The notes beneath the pieces were generated by a model. It did not search any database. It saw nothing but the letters and a program-made list of their open reading frames with translations, and was not told the origin of the DNA. A stretch of DNA of 64,000 nucleotides, from positions 5,440,001-5,504,000 of the forward strand of contig CM000152.2 of NCBI GenBank assembly GCA_000004695.1, in the 5' to 3' direction. Made by a program: the position numbers and the translations under genes. Each line of letters starts with the position of its first letter. Position 1 is the stretch's first letter. This DNA is from Dictyostelium discoideum (lineage: Eukaryota). Of the stretch, positions 1 through 16,835 are shown one piece after another.

Positions 1-3028
<3,028 letters not shown>

Positions 3029-3127
3029 AATTTCATTCTAAAAAACACAAAACAAAAACGATTAATAAAATTTGTAAATACTTTAATAAAATAACATGTT
3101 TTTTTTTTTTTTTTTTTTTGTGAATAT

Positions 3128-4214
3128 TTAATTTATTATCATATTATTATTATTATTGGTTATTGGGATATTATTTGTTATTGGAATATTATTTGAATTA
3201 TTTGGTTTTTTATCTCTAGATTTATTAATGTCATTATTTAATTTATCATACATTAATTCATCTTTTCTGGAAACGGAAGGTTTAATTTTAGAGAGAGCGA
3301 AAATGAAATCTTCCATTGTTACAGTATCTGGTTCAGTAGAGTTATTATCGAAACCACGACTAATAGCATGATTTGCTGCTTCTTTAACTAATAATGAAAG
3401 ATCAGCACCAGAGAATGAATGACAACGAAGATCGGTACCAACTTTAATTAGATCAACATCTTGGTGAATTGGAATCTTATGAGTGAGAGTTTTAAGGATT
3501 TCACATCTTTCCTCTGGTGATGGTAATGGAACATAAACCATTTTATCAAGACGACCTGGTCTACACATTGCAGCATCGATAATATCAGGTCTATTGGTTG
3601 CAGCAATTATGAATACTTCGGAACGTTTCTCTAAACCATCCATTTCTGTGAGTAATTGATTTACAACTCTTTCAGTAGCTTGGTTACCTCCACCATCACC
3701 ACCACCTCTTTTTGGGGCCAATGCGTCAAATTCATCGAAAAAGATAACACATGGTGATGATGCTGCTGCCCTTTGGAATACTTGACGTACGGCACGTTCA
3801 GATTCACCAACGTATTTATTCAAAAGTTCAGGTCCTTTAACTGATATGAAATTAGCTTGACATTCTGATGCGATTGCTTTAGCTAATAGGGTTTTACCAC
3901 AACCTGGTGGACCATACATTAAAACACCGGCAGGCGAATCAATACCCATATTTTTATATTTCTTTGGATATCTAATTGGTCTAAGAATTGAATTGGTTAA
4001 CTCCTCCCTTACACCACTTAATGCACCAACATCATCCCATGTAACATTTGGAATAGTTGCAAAACCTTCTCTTTTTGCTGCTGGTACAACTTTTTTCAAT
4101 GCTTTTTTAAAATCAATCATTTCAATATATAAACTATTCAATTTCTCTGGTTCTAATGGTTCTTTTGAAATTAATAATTCTGTTGATAAACCAATATTGT
4201 TTATATTAGTAGTA

Positions 4215-4245
<31 letters not shown>

Positions 4246-5264
4246 CACCATTTAAATTACTTGTAAATATTCTATTTACTGAATTGGTTGCTGCTTCTTT
4301 AACTAATAAATTAATATCTGCACCAACATAACCTGGTGTTAATGTTGCAATCTCTTCATAATCGAAATTATTCTCCAATCTCATCTTTGATGTAATAACC
4401 TTTAATATTTTACATCTTGCTGTTTGATCTGGTATACCTAAACAAATTTCCTTATCAAATCTACCACCAATTCTTAATGCTGTATCTAATGATTCTGGTC
4501 TATTTGTTGCACCAATTACAATTACATGTCCTTTTTTAAAATCATTTTTTTGTTGTTTATTATTATTATTTGATGCTGTAGTTGTTGTAGTTGCTTGTGA
4601 ATCAACTTCAATTATATCTTGTTGTTGTTGTTGTTGTTGCTCAGTTTGTTCATTTGGTTCATTTGTTGAATTGTTAGATGATAAATAATTTAAACTATCC
4701 ATACAAGTTAATAATTGTGATACAATTCTTCTTTCCATATCCTTTGAAGCAGATTCTCTTTTTGGAGCGATTGCATCAATTTCATCGATAAAAATGATAC
4801 ATGGTGCTTGTGCAATTGCATTGCTAAACAATGTTCTAACTCTAGCTTCAGATTCACCACTAACACCACTTGTAATTTCAGTTGCAGATATTGCAAACAA
4901 AGGTACTTTTAATTCACCTGCAATTGCTTTTGCTAATAAGGTTTTACCACATCCAGATGGACCATGTAATAAAATACCTCTTGGTGGTTCAACACCTAAA
5001 TGTGAGTAAATCTCTGGATGACAAATTGGATATTCAATATGTTCTCTAATATCTCTTAAACATGATTCAACACCACCAAGATTTGAAAAATTAATTGTTG
5101 GTATTAATCCATTACTTAAATTATTATCTTTATTATTACCATTATTATTATTATTATTTGAAAATTGGAATACATTATTACCATTTGAACTATTCTTTAA
5201 TTTCTTTTTTGGTTTTGAGTTTGGTGTATTTACATTATTTGTTGTGGTATTACTATTAATTGCA

Positions 5265-5295
<31 letters not shown>

Positions 5296-5837
5296 TTACA
5301 TTTGATGGTATATTTTCATCTCTATTTCTTTTTGCTGGTGTTGTAGTTGTTGTTGTTGGTGGTGTATTTTTAATATTTTGTTTGTATTGTGATGTTAATT
5401 GTTCATTTAAAATATTTGATGATGGTGGTGGTAGTGGTGGTGAAATTATCTCTACATCATCTCCATCTGATTCTTCCATTTTATTATCACCATCTTCGTT
5501 CTCTGATGATTCACAAGACGAAAGGTTTTTAATAATCTGGTTCATTGCTAAAAAAAAAATAAAAAAAAAACCAAAAAAAAAAAAAAATATTAATATTAAT
5601 AAACTATATAGTTTTAATAGTATATTTTGTTTTATTTTTTATTAATTATTTACCTTTTTCAACCAATTGTTTAAATCCTTTTAATGGTTTTCTGTTATAT
5701 TCCGGATAGACTTTTCTTAATTCATTTGTAATAAAATCATTGTTTAAAATATTTGACTCACTTAAATCTAATTTTTCAATTCTATCCATTAACTTTTCAT
5801 TTTCATTTTGACCAGAAGTATATTTTTTATTTACCAT
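3128..5837 (-). CDS. NVL/Rix7-like nuclear double-AAA ATPase; exons 5837..5654 and 5547..3128, intron 5653..5548
   Basis: There are two AAA modules, each with a Walker A motif (GPSGCGKTLLAKAIAGE and GPPGCGKTLLAKAIASE) and a Walker B/SRH region (IIFIDEIDA, ATNRPDIIDAAMCRPGRLD). A basic NLS-like KRNRDE...KPKKKLK lies in the N-terminal region. The upstream small ORF (MVNKKYTS...FKQLVEK) ends in G|GTAAAT. The intron ends TTTTTTTTAG|CAATG, which puts the small ORF in frame with the main ORF's ATG (phase 1: g+ca = Ala). The ELRKVYPEYNRKPLKGFKQLVEK segment resembles the conserved N-terminal nucleolar domain of NVL2. Confidence 0.8.
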
Positions 5838-6516
5838 TTTTTTATTTTTTTTATTTCTGTTGTATATTAAAAAAAAAAAATTAAAAATAAAAAACGATTA
5901 AAAAATTGCTCGTTTTTTGGATGAAAATTTATTTTATTTTTTTTTTTTTTTTTTTTTTTATTTTTTTTTTTTTTTTTATTTATTTTTTTTTTTTGATGGG
6001 AAGACTTCTAAATTATAAATAGCCATAAGAATTTTCTTTCTTTTTTTGGAATCGCAGTTGGGTTTTATTCACCTAAAAAATTATAATTTTTATAATTCAT
6101 CACCAAGAATGTTGTAATTATTATTTTTTTTATTATTTTTTTTTATTTTTTATTTTTATTTTTATTTTTATTTTTATTTTTATTTTTTTTTTGTGTTTGG
6201 TGGGTGTTGGTGTGCTGATTGGAAAAAAATTTTTAACTCATCTCATTTTGAAGATATGTTATTTTTAATTTTGGAGGGGTCAGTTAAAAAATATTTTCAT
6301 ACAATATGTTATGTTTTGTTAATTTGTAGCTGTGTGAGTGTGGCCTACAAAATAAAAAAAAAAAAATGTTTTTTTCCTATTAATTATTTTTTTCTTTTTT
6401 TTTTTTTTTTTTATCCAACATCAAAAAAAAAAAAAAAACAAATTAAAAGAACCCCTTATTGTATATCTATTTATACCATTAACGTACATAATAATTTTTA
6501 TCTTTAAAAATTTAAT

Positions 6517-6517
6517 T

Positions 6518-6589
<72 letters not shown>

Positions 6590-6590
6590 T
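6517..6590. repeat. (TTTA)n microsatellite in the intergenic region
   Basis: I see about 18 perfect TTTA units in the sequence. Confidence 0.9.
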
Positions 6591-6609
6591 TAATTATTTT
6601 TTTTTTTTG

Positions 6610-6649
<40 letters not shown>

Positions 6650-6690
6650 AATAATATTAATAATAATATTAATAATTAATATTAAAAATA

Positions 6691-8196
6691 ATGGATTGTG
6701 ATGAAATTAATTTTAAAAATGAAAATAAAAATTTAGAATTTTTATTAAATAAATATATAAATGAAATTTCAGAGCCAGCAAATTATCAACAAATTAAAAT
6801 GAGTATTTATAAATATTATGAACAAAATCATAAATCAAATTTAACTCATCAACAAAGTGAAGCGTTAAAACAAATAATCAGTGAAACTGGACCATCTGAA
6901 AGTATTTTATCAACATGTATGGATTTTAGAGTTAATTTCATAAATCAACCAAGTGAATCATGTGAAATATTTGATCCACTGAAAAAAAGAATTGCTAAAT
7001 TTCAACAATTAATAAAGGATAGCCTACAACAAACTCCAATCGAACCATTACTAAATGAATTAATTAATGGTTACAATTTATTCATTAGTCAATTGGTTGA
7101 AAGAGTAATTTATAAAGAAACTGATGGTAGTAGAAAATCATTAAGAATATTAGAATGTAATCCATTGATATTGGGTGAAGATTTAATTTATCGTGAAATT
7201 TCATTGGATAAAGCCTATGAAATTGCATCCTATAATCCAAAAGAGTATGAATATCAAAAAAAGAATGAAAATGGTACTAGTTGTGGAGGAGTTGTAAACT
7301 CTGTCTACTATAAAGTTGATAATGGTTCTCATTTACTTAGACCAGCAAAAGAGAATGCAGTTTTCCAATTTTATAAAACACTTTTCGAAACTGATAAATA
7401 TATTGTACCAACTCAACTATTGGTTATTAATCAGCTACCAATTCTTCCACCAGATATTAATGACTCTGAAGAAAGAAGAGAATTAATTAAATTAAAAGCA
7501 AGACACTGTTTAACGAATGCTCGTGATGTTTTTAATATTGATCCTCAATTAGAAAGAAGGATAGAAAATGCACTCCAACATCAAAGACCACTTTTCATTC
7601 AAGGTTCATTATTTATGGAGGGAAAAAGTTTATTTGATTTTCTATCAAATGGCTGTGGTGGTTGTAGTGGTTGTTGTGGTGATAGTGATAGTGGTAGTGG
7701 TAGTGGTTGTTGTGATAATAAAAAAAATTCAAGTCAAGTTGTAGTAGATGGTGCTTCCGATGATAGATTAGGTGGTTGTTCTAAAAAACCTATTGATTAT
7801 AGTGTTTTAGATAGAGAAAGTTTTAGTTCACACATTTTAGCAAGTTTATTATTAATGCCAACAGATTATAAAGCAGATAACTTAATTATTTCAAAGGATT
7901 CAAATATGATAGTTGGTATTGATAATGATGAATCGATGGAATGTGACGAAGTGAAAAAAGTTATCAGTAGTATTTCAAATCACGAAAGATATGATATCTG
8001 TTTAAAGAATATTTTATTTAGTTTACCATTAATGAATGAATATATTAATGAAAATATAATATCAAAATTTATGAAACATCATCCAAATATCTTTTTATTA
8101 GAATGGTTAATTAAACAATGTGAAAAAGAAATTATATATAATCAATTTATTAAAGCATCATTACCAATTAAAATTAATGATAACTCAACGACCACC

Positions 8197-8284
<88 letters not shown>

Positions 8285-11200
8285 TTTATAATGAAAAAAT
8301 AATATCAAATATAAATCAAGATTTGGGATTACCTTTTAAATTTTCACCAGGTTGGATAAAATTAATGCTTGGTAGATTTATAATGATTAAAAAAATATTA
8401 AAAGCTAGTGGTTGTAGAATGTCACATAAAGAATTATTAAAACAAATTTTACCTTTTACTGGGCATTATTATCAAGCATTGGAGAGATTAAATTCTGATC
8501 CACTTCAACAAATGGTTTCAATGTATGGTAGAGGGTTTGATTTTAAACAATTACTTTCAAATCATTTGGTTTCTGAAGATTTAGATAAAATATTTCAACA
8601 ATTGGAATCAAGAGAATTTAAAAAATGGTCACCACCAAATCAATCATTACAAGATACAATTAAAGAGTTAATACTTGAAACAAATTATGGTACTGATTCA
8701 TTCCCTTCAAATCAATATTTAATTAAATGGTTAGAGATTCTATTGATTAGGTTAAATTCTGGAATTGGATTTGGAACTAATGATAAGGAATTAAATTTTA
8801 AATATTTTGAATTACATGATTCATGGTATAAAAACAAGGAGAAAATATTTATTATCTTAATTAAAGAGGGTGCATCTGAAATTTTACTAAGAGATTTTGC
8901 AAAGATTGTTCATTTAACAATTGATGAAATTAATCAAATTAGAGATGAAGAGGTTGGTTCAATAGTTCATATTGCAATTCATTCAAATAATGCCAATATT
9001 TTATCACAATTAAAAGTTTTACAGTGTATGGGAGTTGATATCGAAGAATCTAATAGTAGTTGGTGTACACCATTAGGTTTAAGTGTACATAATAAAAATT
9101 TTGAATTATTTAAATTACTAATTGATATGGGTGCTGGTGCATTAACAAATCCTCAAAAAATCAATGACTATTATAAATCTTTATCATTGGAAAGTAGACA
9201 AGAGTTACGTCCATACCTTTCAAAGTTATCTTATGTAAATCCAAAAATAATTTGGAAGATTTCATTAGACCATATTTTCCCTTTAGTTAGTGGTTATTCA
9301 GGTCCAGCAACAGGTAATAAAGTTTTAAAAACTACATCAGAAGGTGAAAGAGTAATCTCAATTGAACATTGGCGTCAATTGTTCCATCATGATGGTTCGC
9401 CAATAAAATCAAATCCTCATGGAGCAAGATCTGTACCATTTGTAAAGAGTAAAGGATTTAGAATTTATTGTAAATTTGAACCACAATTTCCAGGTACAGA
9501 ATTAGCTGTTTCAAGATTATCAGAATTACTTTTTGGTTATTTATCACCATATAGTGAACTTGGATCAATAAATAATGTACCAGTTTTATTAACACAAGGG
9601 ATTGTTGGAGACCCATTGGTTGATATACTTTCAAAAAATTCAGAAATTTTAAATCATTTAGATCCATCAAATTTATCAAAAATTTTAGTATCTGCAATGT
9701 TATTTAATCCAGGTGATGGTAATTTAGGAAATTATATAGTTTCGCCATGTTTAAATGATACAATTGATTCTAATAATAATAATAACAATAATAATAGTGA
9801 AAATAATAATAATAATACCAAACAAATGTATAGATTAATTGCAATTGATCAAGATCAAAGTTTTATGCCATCATTTTCAAAGGATTTAGGATCAAATAAA
9901 TTATCATTACAGGTTGAAACCGTTTTGTTTCTTTTTAAACAAATGAATGATCCAGTTCACCAAGATGTAAAAGATTGTATACTTGAGAAAAATTTAGATT
10001 TAGTTTTAAATAATTGGTTAAATAATTTGAAATTTCATCATCAAGCATCAATTAATCATTTTAATAAAATTGGTGAAAGATTAAAGGATAAACAACAACA
10101 ACAAATGGAGAAAAAGACAATTATTGGTATATCATTTGCTCCTGGTATTATTCAACAACTATTTTCAAAGTTAACAAGATTACAAAATGAATTTAAAAAG
10201 AATAGAAAGAAACCAATAACTCATATTGAACTTTTAGAGATTTTGGAACCAATGATTGCAATTCGTTATAAACCATTTTTAAATGAATTCAATAATGGTC
10301 CAGAGTTTTTAATAGAAAAGTATAGAAAATTAAAAATTTCAAGTTCTCTTGAGACTTCTAATGGTGGTTATGGTAGTATTTCATCTTTGAGTAGTTCAAT
10401 CCATTCAAATTCATTCGTTTTAGAGTCTAGAGAAATTCCAAATATAAGTGAAATTCAATCATCTTTAAGATCTGGTAAATTTGGACCTGATAGAGCTATT
10501 GAAGAATTAGATATTATAAAGAAACAACAATCTACTATAAATCAAATTTTATCAGATTTGGGTCAATTAAATCATTTTATTGATGGTAGATCTTTATCTC
10601 AACCAAATTTAATCGAATCACTACAACAACCAAATTCATTAACAAATTCAGGTTCAAGAACAATAAATGCTCAAGGTATACATACAAATGGAAGTTTAGG
10701 TAGTAGTGTTGGTAATAAATTTAGTAAATTATTTGGTATGGGTAGTAAACAACCACCATCATATCAAATACCACAACCCACTACACCACCAATGGAAAAG
10801 AGAAAGGATAATTTAACCGATTGTTTATTAGAACAATTGTTAAAAGAAGTTAATTTCAAAAAATTAACACCACCTCAAGAAAAGTATTTATTGGATTTTT
10901 TGAAAACAAGTAAAGAACTTAGATTTGTATCATTAAAGGGTGCGTCAACAATAAAATATCAATTTTTTAAATCATTTATAATTAGAGCGATCGTTCGTAT
11001 GGATTTATCAGATAGTAGTATTGATTCAGTTTCACAAGTTGGTTTATTAGGAACTACTTCCTCACCTATAGTAATGCACTCATTAACTAGACTTCGTCTT
11101 GATAGATGTTCATGTTTATACATGATAAAACTAAATGCTGATGCATTAAAAGAATTAAGTTGTACTGATTGTCCAATGTTAAAAATCATTGAATTAAATA

Positions 11201-13488
11201 CACCAAATTTAGAGATTATAAATTTAGAAAATGGTTCAATCATTGATTCAAAATTTTGGGATAATCTAACTAAACAAACAAATCTTATAAAATTAAATAT
11301 ATCAAATTGTAAAACAGTTTCAAGAGAATTAACATTCACTTTTCCAAATCTATTAGAATTGATTGCAAATAAAATATCAACATTAGATAAAGTTATATTA
11401 CAATTACCAGTAGCATTATCAATTCATTTTGAAAGTTGTATAAATTTAACATCAATATCTGGTTTAACACCATCATTAAAATTATTAAATTTAAATCAAT
11501 CAATAAGTTTAATTTCAAATAATGAAAATAATAATGAAAATATTATTAATAATAGTAATAATAATAATAATAATAATAATAGTAATAATAATAGTAATAA
11601 CAATAGTATATCAACAACACCAATTAATGTTTCAAGTAATTCATTAATATCAAGTCAATCAAATTTAAATATTACATATTCATCAACATTTAAAGTAAAT
11701 GTATGTGGTGTTGATAAACATATTCAAAACTTTAGAAAAATTATAAATTCTTCTTCAAAAATTTCAACAAATTATAAAGTTGATAATATTAGAAATCAAG
11801 AATATGATTTTCAATTTTGGTATTTAGCTGAACAATGTGATAGTTCAACAACTCCACTATATCTTAAAAGCTCAAATATATTATTGTTATTATTTGATTT
11901 TTCATTAGATATTGATGGTAATGAATTTAATGAAACATTAATAATTTTCCAAAATTATATTGAAGCATGTAAATCAAATTCAATTAAACAAAGATTTATT
12001 TTATTTGGTTATGGTTATCCACCAGATTCTAAATCACTTGATTTGGTAAAACAATTTAAAGAATTAAATCAAATTGAAACCTTTGTCTATATAGCTCAAA
12101 TACTTGAAAAGCATCAACTAGAATATGTTAGAGATAGTTTATTCTCAAATTTAAGAAATGATCAATTAGAGATTTTAAAGGTTAATCATTTATATAATTT
12201 TAAAAAAAATATAGAAAAACAAGCTTTACAAGTTGTTGCAAAGAAAATACTTACCAAAGATGTATTGGTAATTGATTTATTGGATGAACTTGAAGGAATT
12301 GATTTCTCTGATATAGTATCGGATCATTTTCAAGATCATTTAGTATCAATTAATGAAATCTTTGATTTATTATACCAATTGAATAAATCATTAATTGAAA
12401 ATCATCAACAAAAAGAAGAATATGCAAAATCTATTAAAAAAGATTTCTTTAAAGTGAAAATCATTCAAAAACAACAAACTGATATGCTATCGAAATTAGA
12501 TCGTTACAAAGAAACCATTAATATTACAATGATTTTTAAAAATCTAAAAAGACTCTATTATATTGCATTAATTAAAAATATTGGTAAAGTGATTCAAACA
12601 CTTGCTCCAATTTTTTCAGATTATAAAATGGAAACTTATCAAAAGAAATACTTTGAAGATTATGAAGCTATAAACTTTTCATTCAAATCTGAATCATATC
12701 TATATAGTAGTTCCAATTCAATTAATATTACACTTTGTAGAGTTATTTGTTCAGGTTTTAATCATGCTTTTAGATGGTTTTTAGTGAAATATCCTCAACT
12801 ATTTGATGAGGCAACTTTAAATTCAAATAATTTAAACAATAGTAGTGTTTTAAGAACTTCTAGTAGTTTAGCTTTAAAAAATGAAGATAGTAGTAGTATA
12901 GAATTTCCTTATGAAAAAACACCTCTATCATTTGCTATTGATTATAAATGTTTAGAAATAATTCAATGGTTAGTTAATAATGTTATTTTATCATCAAAAT
13001 TATTAAATATTGCATTGATAAGATCAATTATGGTTGGTAATTTAGAATTGGTTACATTTTTCATTGAAAATGGTTCAGATGTTAATTGTAGTATTTCAAG
13101 TTTAGAAATGTCACCTATTCAATATGCTGCAAAGTTTAATCAAATTGAAATTGTTAAATATTTATTAACATTGGAGGGAAATAAAAAAGTAAACATTGAA
13201 AAAAAGAATAGACTAGGTTGGTCAGCAATTCATTTCGCTTCAAGAAATCAAAATCAACAAATTGTAGATTCATTATTATCAACTTCAAATGATAAATCTT
13301 TAATTAATACTCCAACAAATATAGGTGAAACTCCACTTTATTTAGCAGTAACAAAATCAATATCAATCAACCATGACTTTTGTAATTATTTAATTAATAA
13401 TTATAAACCAATTACAAAATGTCATATTGATGGTATTGTTGAAGAAATCGATATAGTTTCAAATTATTTAAATAAAATTAATACTTAA
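6691..13488 (+). CDS. Very large (2265 aa) multidomain protein: Cys/Gly-rich segment, ankyrin repeats (middle and C-terminal), a PI3/4-kinase-like degenerate segment, an LRR-like region, a degenerate Roc/Ras-like segment
   Basis: This is a single uninterrupted ORF with an ATG start and AT-rich flanks. Ankyrin repeats are visible (e.g. GWSAIHFASRNQNQQIVDSLLS...GETPLYLAV; CTPLGLSVHNKNFELFKLLIDMGAG). A CGGCSGCCGDSDSGSGSGCC cluster is present. Segment 1 is FRIYCKFEP...NPGDGNLGNYIV...RLIAIDQDQSF. Segment 2 is VNVCGVDKH...FQFWYLAEQ...LLLLFDFS. There are poly-N tracts. Confidence 0.8.
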
Positions 13489-13619
13489 TAATTATTATTA
13501 TTTTTTTTTTTTAAAAAAAAAAAGTATTGAGTATAAGTAGTATATTAATTTTTTTATTTAATATTTAAAAGTTAAAGTATTCTGTAATTATTTTTATTAT
13601 TATTATTATTATTAAAAGA

Positions 13620-15251
13620 TTAAAATCTTTTTTTAATTATTATTTTATTTTCTGGACAAGAATATGTAATACCAAATTTACCAATTTCATTTAATGGTGT
13701 TGATGGATTTGGATTAGTAAATTCATATCTATTAATTAAACTTGCTAACATTGTAAAGATTTCTGAATCAGCTAGTGATTTTCCAATACAATCTCTAACA
13801 CCACATCCAAAGTGAATTAAATTTGAGTTTGCAGATTGTTGTTGAGAAATAAATCTTTCAGGAATGAATGAATCTGGTTCAGAGAATTGTTTTTCATTTC
13901 TATGAGTTGCCCAAATGTTTTGAATGATTTGTGTACCAGCACAGATTTTATAACCATTTAATTCAACATCTTCTGAAGTAACATGAGGTAAACCAATTGT
14001 ACCAGATGGATATTTTCTAAATGTTTCCTTAACTACCATTGATAAATATGGTGCTAATGTACGATATTTATTAAATGATAATGTTATAATTTCTTCAGTT
14101 TGTTCTTGATTCTCATTATCATTCTGATTTTCATTTTCTTTACTTTGAATTATTGCTTGTTTAATATCGTCATATACTTTTGATTGAATATTTGGATTAT
14201 TAATTAATTCAAGTAAACAATATAAAATTGTATTTGCAGAAGTATCAGCACCAGCAGTTTGAAGATCAATACAAGTACTAACAACAGAATCCCATGAAAT
14301 TTCACCATTTTCAAATGATTGTAATAATTTTGAAAGAATTGGTTTATCAGCTAAACTTTTATTGTTGTCGTTGATGTTGTTATGAATTTCATTTTCATTT
14401 TTAAATTTTGTAATTAAATCACTTGTATAATTAAAAATTCTTTTATATGTATTCAAATAGTTTGAGGTATCAATGAATGGTTCTAATGATGGTATGAAAT
14501 CTGAAATGATAGGTTGACCTGCAATATTGAAAAATTCAACCATTAATTTTATAAATTCAGATGCTTTTTCAAATTCATCATATGGATAAGAATAATTTAA
14601 ACCAAATGTAAAACAAAGTACAATATTCATTGAAAACATTTTAATGTGGTTATTTAATATTATTGGTTTACCAGTATCTGCATGTTCATCTAAAACTTTA
14701 AATAATTTCTTGATTTCATTATCTATGAAACTAGTCTCATACTTTTTAATTCTTTGATTTGTCATTTCCGATAATACCAATGTCTTTAGTTTATTATGAA
14801 TATCACCATTAACAATCACTAAATTCTCACCATTGTTAAGCTTTAGTCTACTCTTTCTTTGAAATCTATTAACAAATGAATTTGAATTACCAATGAATGC
14901 TTCTCTAATTATTGGGTATTCTGTCAATACAACAGTCTCTACGTTACCCATTTTAATTCTGTAAATCACTCCATATTGTTTATACCATTCTTGTAATTTT
15001 AAATGAAGATCACCTTTCATTGATAGTAAATTACCAAGAATTGGTATTCCTTTTGGTCCTGGGATTTTTGAATTCATATTTTTATCATTTTTCTATTATT
15101 AAAAAAAAATAAAAAAATAATTAAAAATAAAATAAAAAAGATTAGTTACTTTATACTTATTTTTATTTATTTTTATTTATTTTTAAAAACCTACCTGGAG
15201 GAAAAAATAAAAAATTGTAAAAATTAAGACTAAACCAACTAAATAATTCAT
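13620..15251 (-). CDS. Cytochrome P450; exons 15251..15195 (membrane anchor MNYLVGLVLIFTIFYFFLQ) and 15092..13620; intron 15194..15093
   Basis: The heme-binding loop FGCGVRDCIGKSLA and the P450 N-terminal PGPKGIPILGNL are present. The upstream 57-nt exon ends CAG|GTAGGT, and the acceptor AATAG|AAAAATGAT... is in frame. Confidence 0.85.
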
Positions 15252-15995
15252 TTCTTTAATTATTTATTTATTTTTTTATTTAATAGTCAATGATACTAAA
15301 AAAAAAAATTGGTTAATTAAAAAAAAAATTATTAAAAAAAAAATTATAAAAAAAAAAATTATAAAAAAAAAAAAAAAGTGAAAGTGTGGTGGTAACAATT
15401 TCCGTTAAATAAAAATAAATTTTTTTTTTAAAAATTCAATGAATAATAAAATTTTAAATAACTTGAGATTTTTTAATTTTTATCTTGTGATTAAAAAAAA
15501 AAAAAAAAAAATATAAAAAATATTATATTAAATACACATAAATATTCTTTGTGATTTTTTTTTTTAAAGTTTTATAAATTTCTTATTTTCATTATAACCA
15601 TTTAATTTAATATTTATTAACTTTTTATTATTTTTTTATTTTTTATTATAATATAAAAAAATTTTTATTATTTTATGTCCCTTAAAAATAAAAAAAACAA
15701 AAAAATAAATAAAAAAAAAGAAATTAAATTATTATTTTTTTTTTTTTATTTATTTTAATGCTTCTCTTATTATTAGGATATTTTGTTTGTACGAAAGTCC
15801 TAACCCTGTAAATTGATCCATATTTTCTATACCATTGTTGTAATTTTTCATGAACTGATCTGTTTAATTAATTTATGGATTTCTATTTTATAATTATTCA
15901 AAAAAAAAAAAGAAAAAAAAAAAATCTTTTATGTGCATATATTTTTTATTCTCCTGTTTGTTATTAATAATTCTTCGAATTAAAAAAAAAAATAG

Positions 15996-16049
<54 letters not shown>

Positions 16050-16057
16050 AATTCATT

Positions 16058-16094
<37 letters not shown>

Positions 16095-16197
16095 GATTCA
16101 CTTAATTAATTCAAATATATTCATTTTAAAGAAAAGCTTAACCACTTTTTTTTTATTTCAATGAATATATTAATTTAGTAAAAAAAGTAAATTTAAA

Positions 16198-16462
16198 ATG
16201 GATGAAGATGATGAATTAAATTCATTAGAGGAATTTAGTGAAATTAGGACTTCAAAAAATAAACAACAACAGCAACAACAACAGCAACAAAAACAAAATG
16301 AACCTCCTCAAGCAAGTCAATATTCTAGTGATATAATAAGCGAATTTAGTACACAAAATATGATAAAAAAACAATTTGAACAAAAGAAACCTTCACCAGC
16401 ATCTAGACCTCTTTTTAATTTTAATAAAAGGAGAGACACTGATGAACAACCACCTCCTATTC

Positions 16463-16520
<58 letters not shown>

Positions 16521-16747
16521 GTTACATTCAGAAACCCCACAAAAAACATCACCACAAATTACAAATCCTTCAATACCGACAACACCTCCACCACAACAAA
16601 AAGTATCACCACCACGTCAACAGCCACCACCACCACAACAACAACAAGGTGAATATATTAATGATATTGATTCAAATAATAATAAAAGACTTAGAAATGA
16701 ATCTTCCAAACCAATAACAACACCACCGAAAAATAATAATAATATTG

Positions 16748-16835
<88 letters not shown>

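Noticed and set aside
5646-5837. Stand-alone small protein gene (63 aa)
   Set aside because: It is better explained as the first exon of the downstream NVL gene, with a donor and acceptor in frame and similarity to the NVL N-terminal domain. An independent small gene is not excluded without transcript data.
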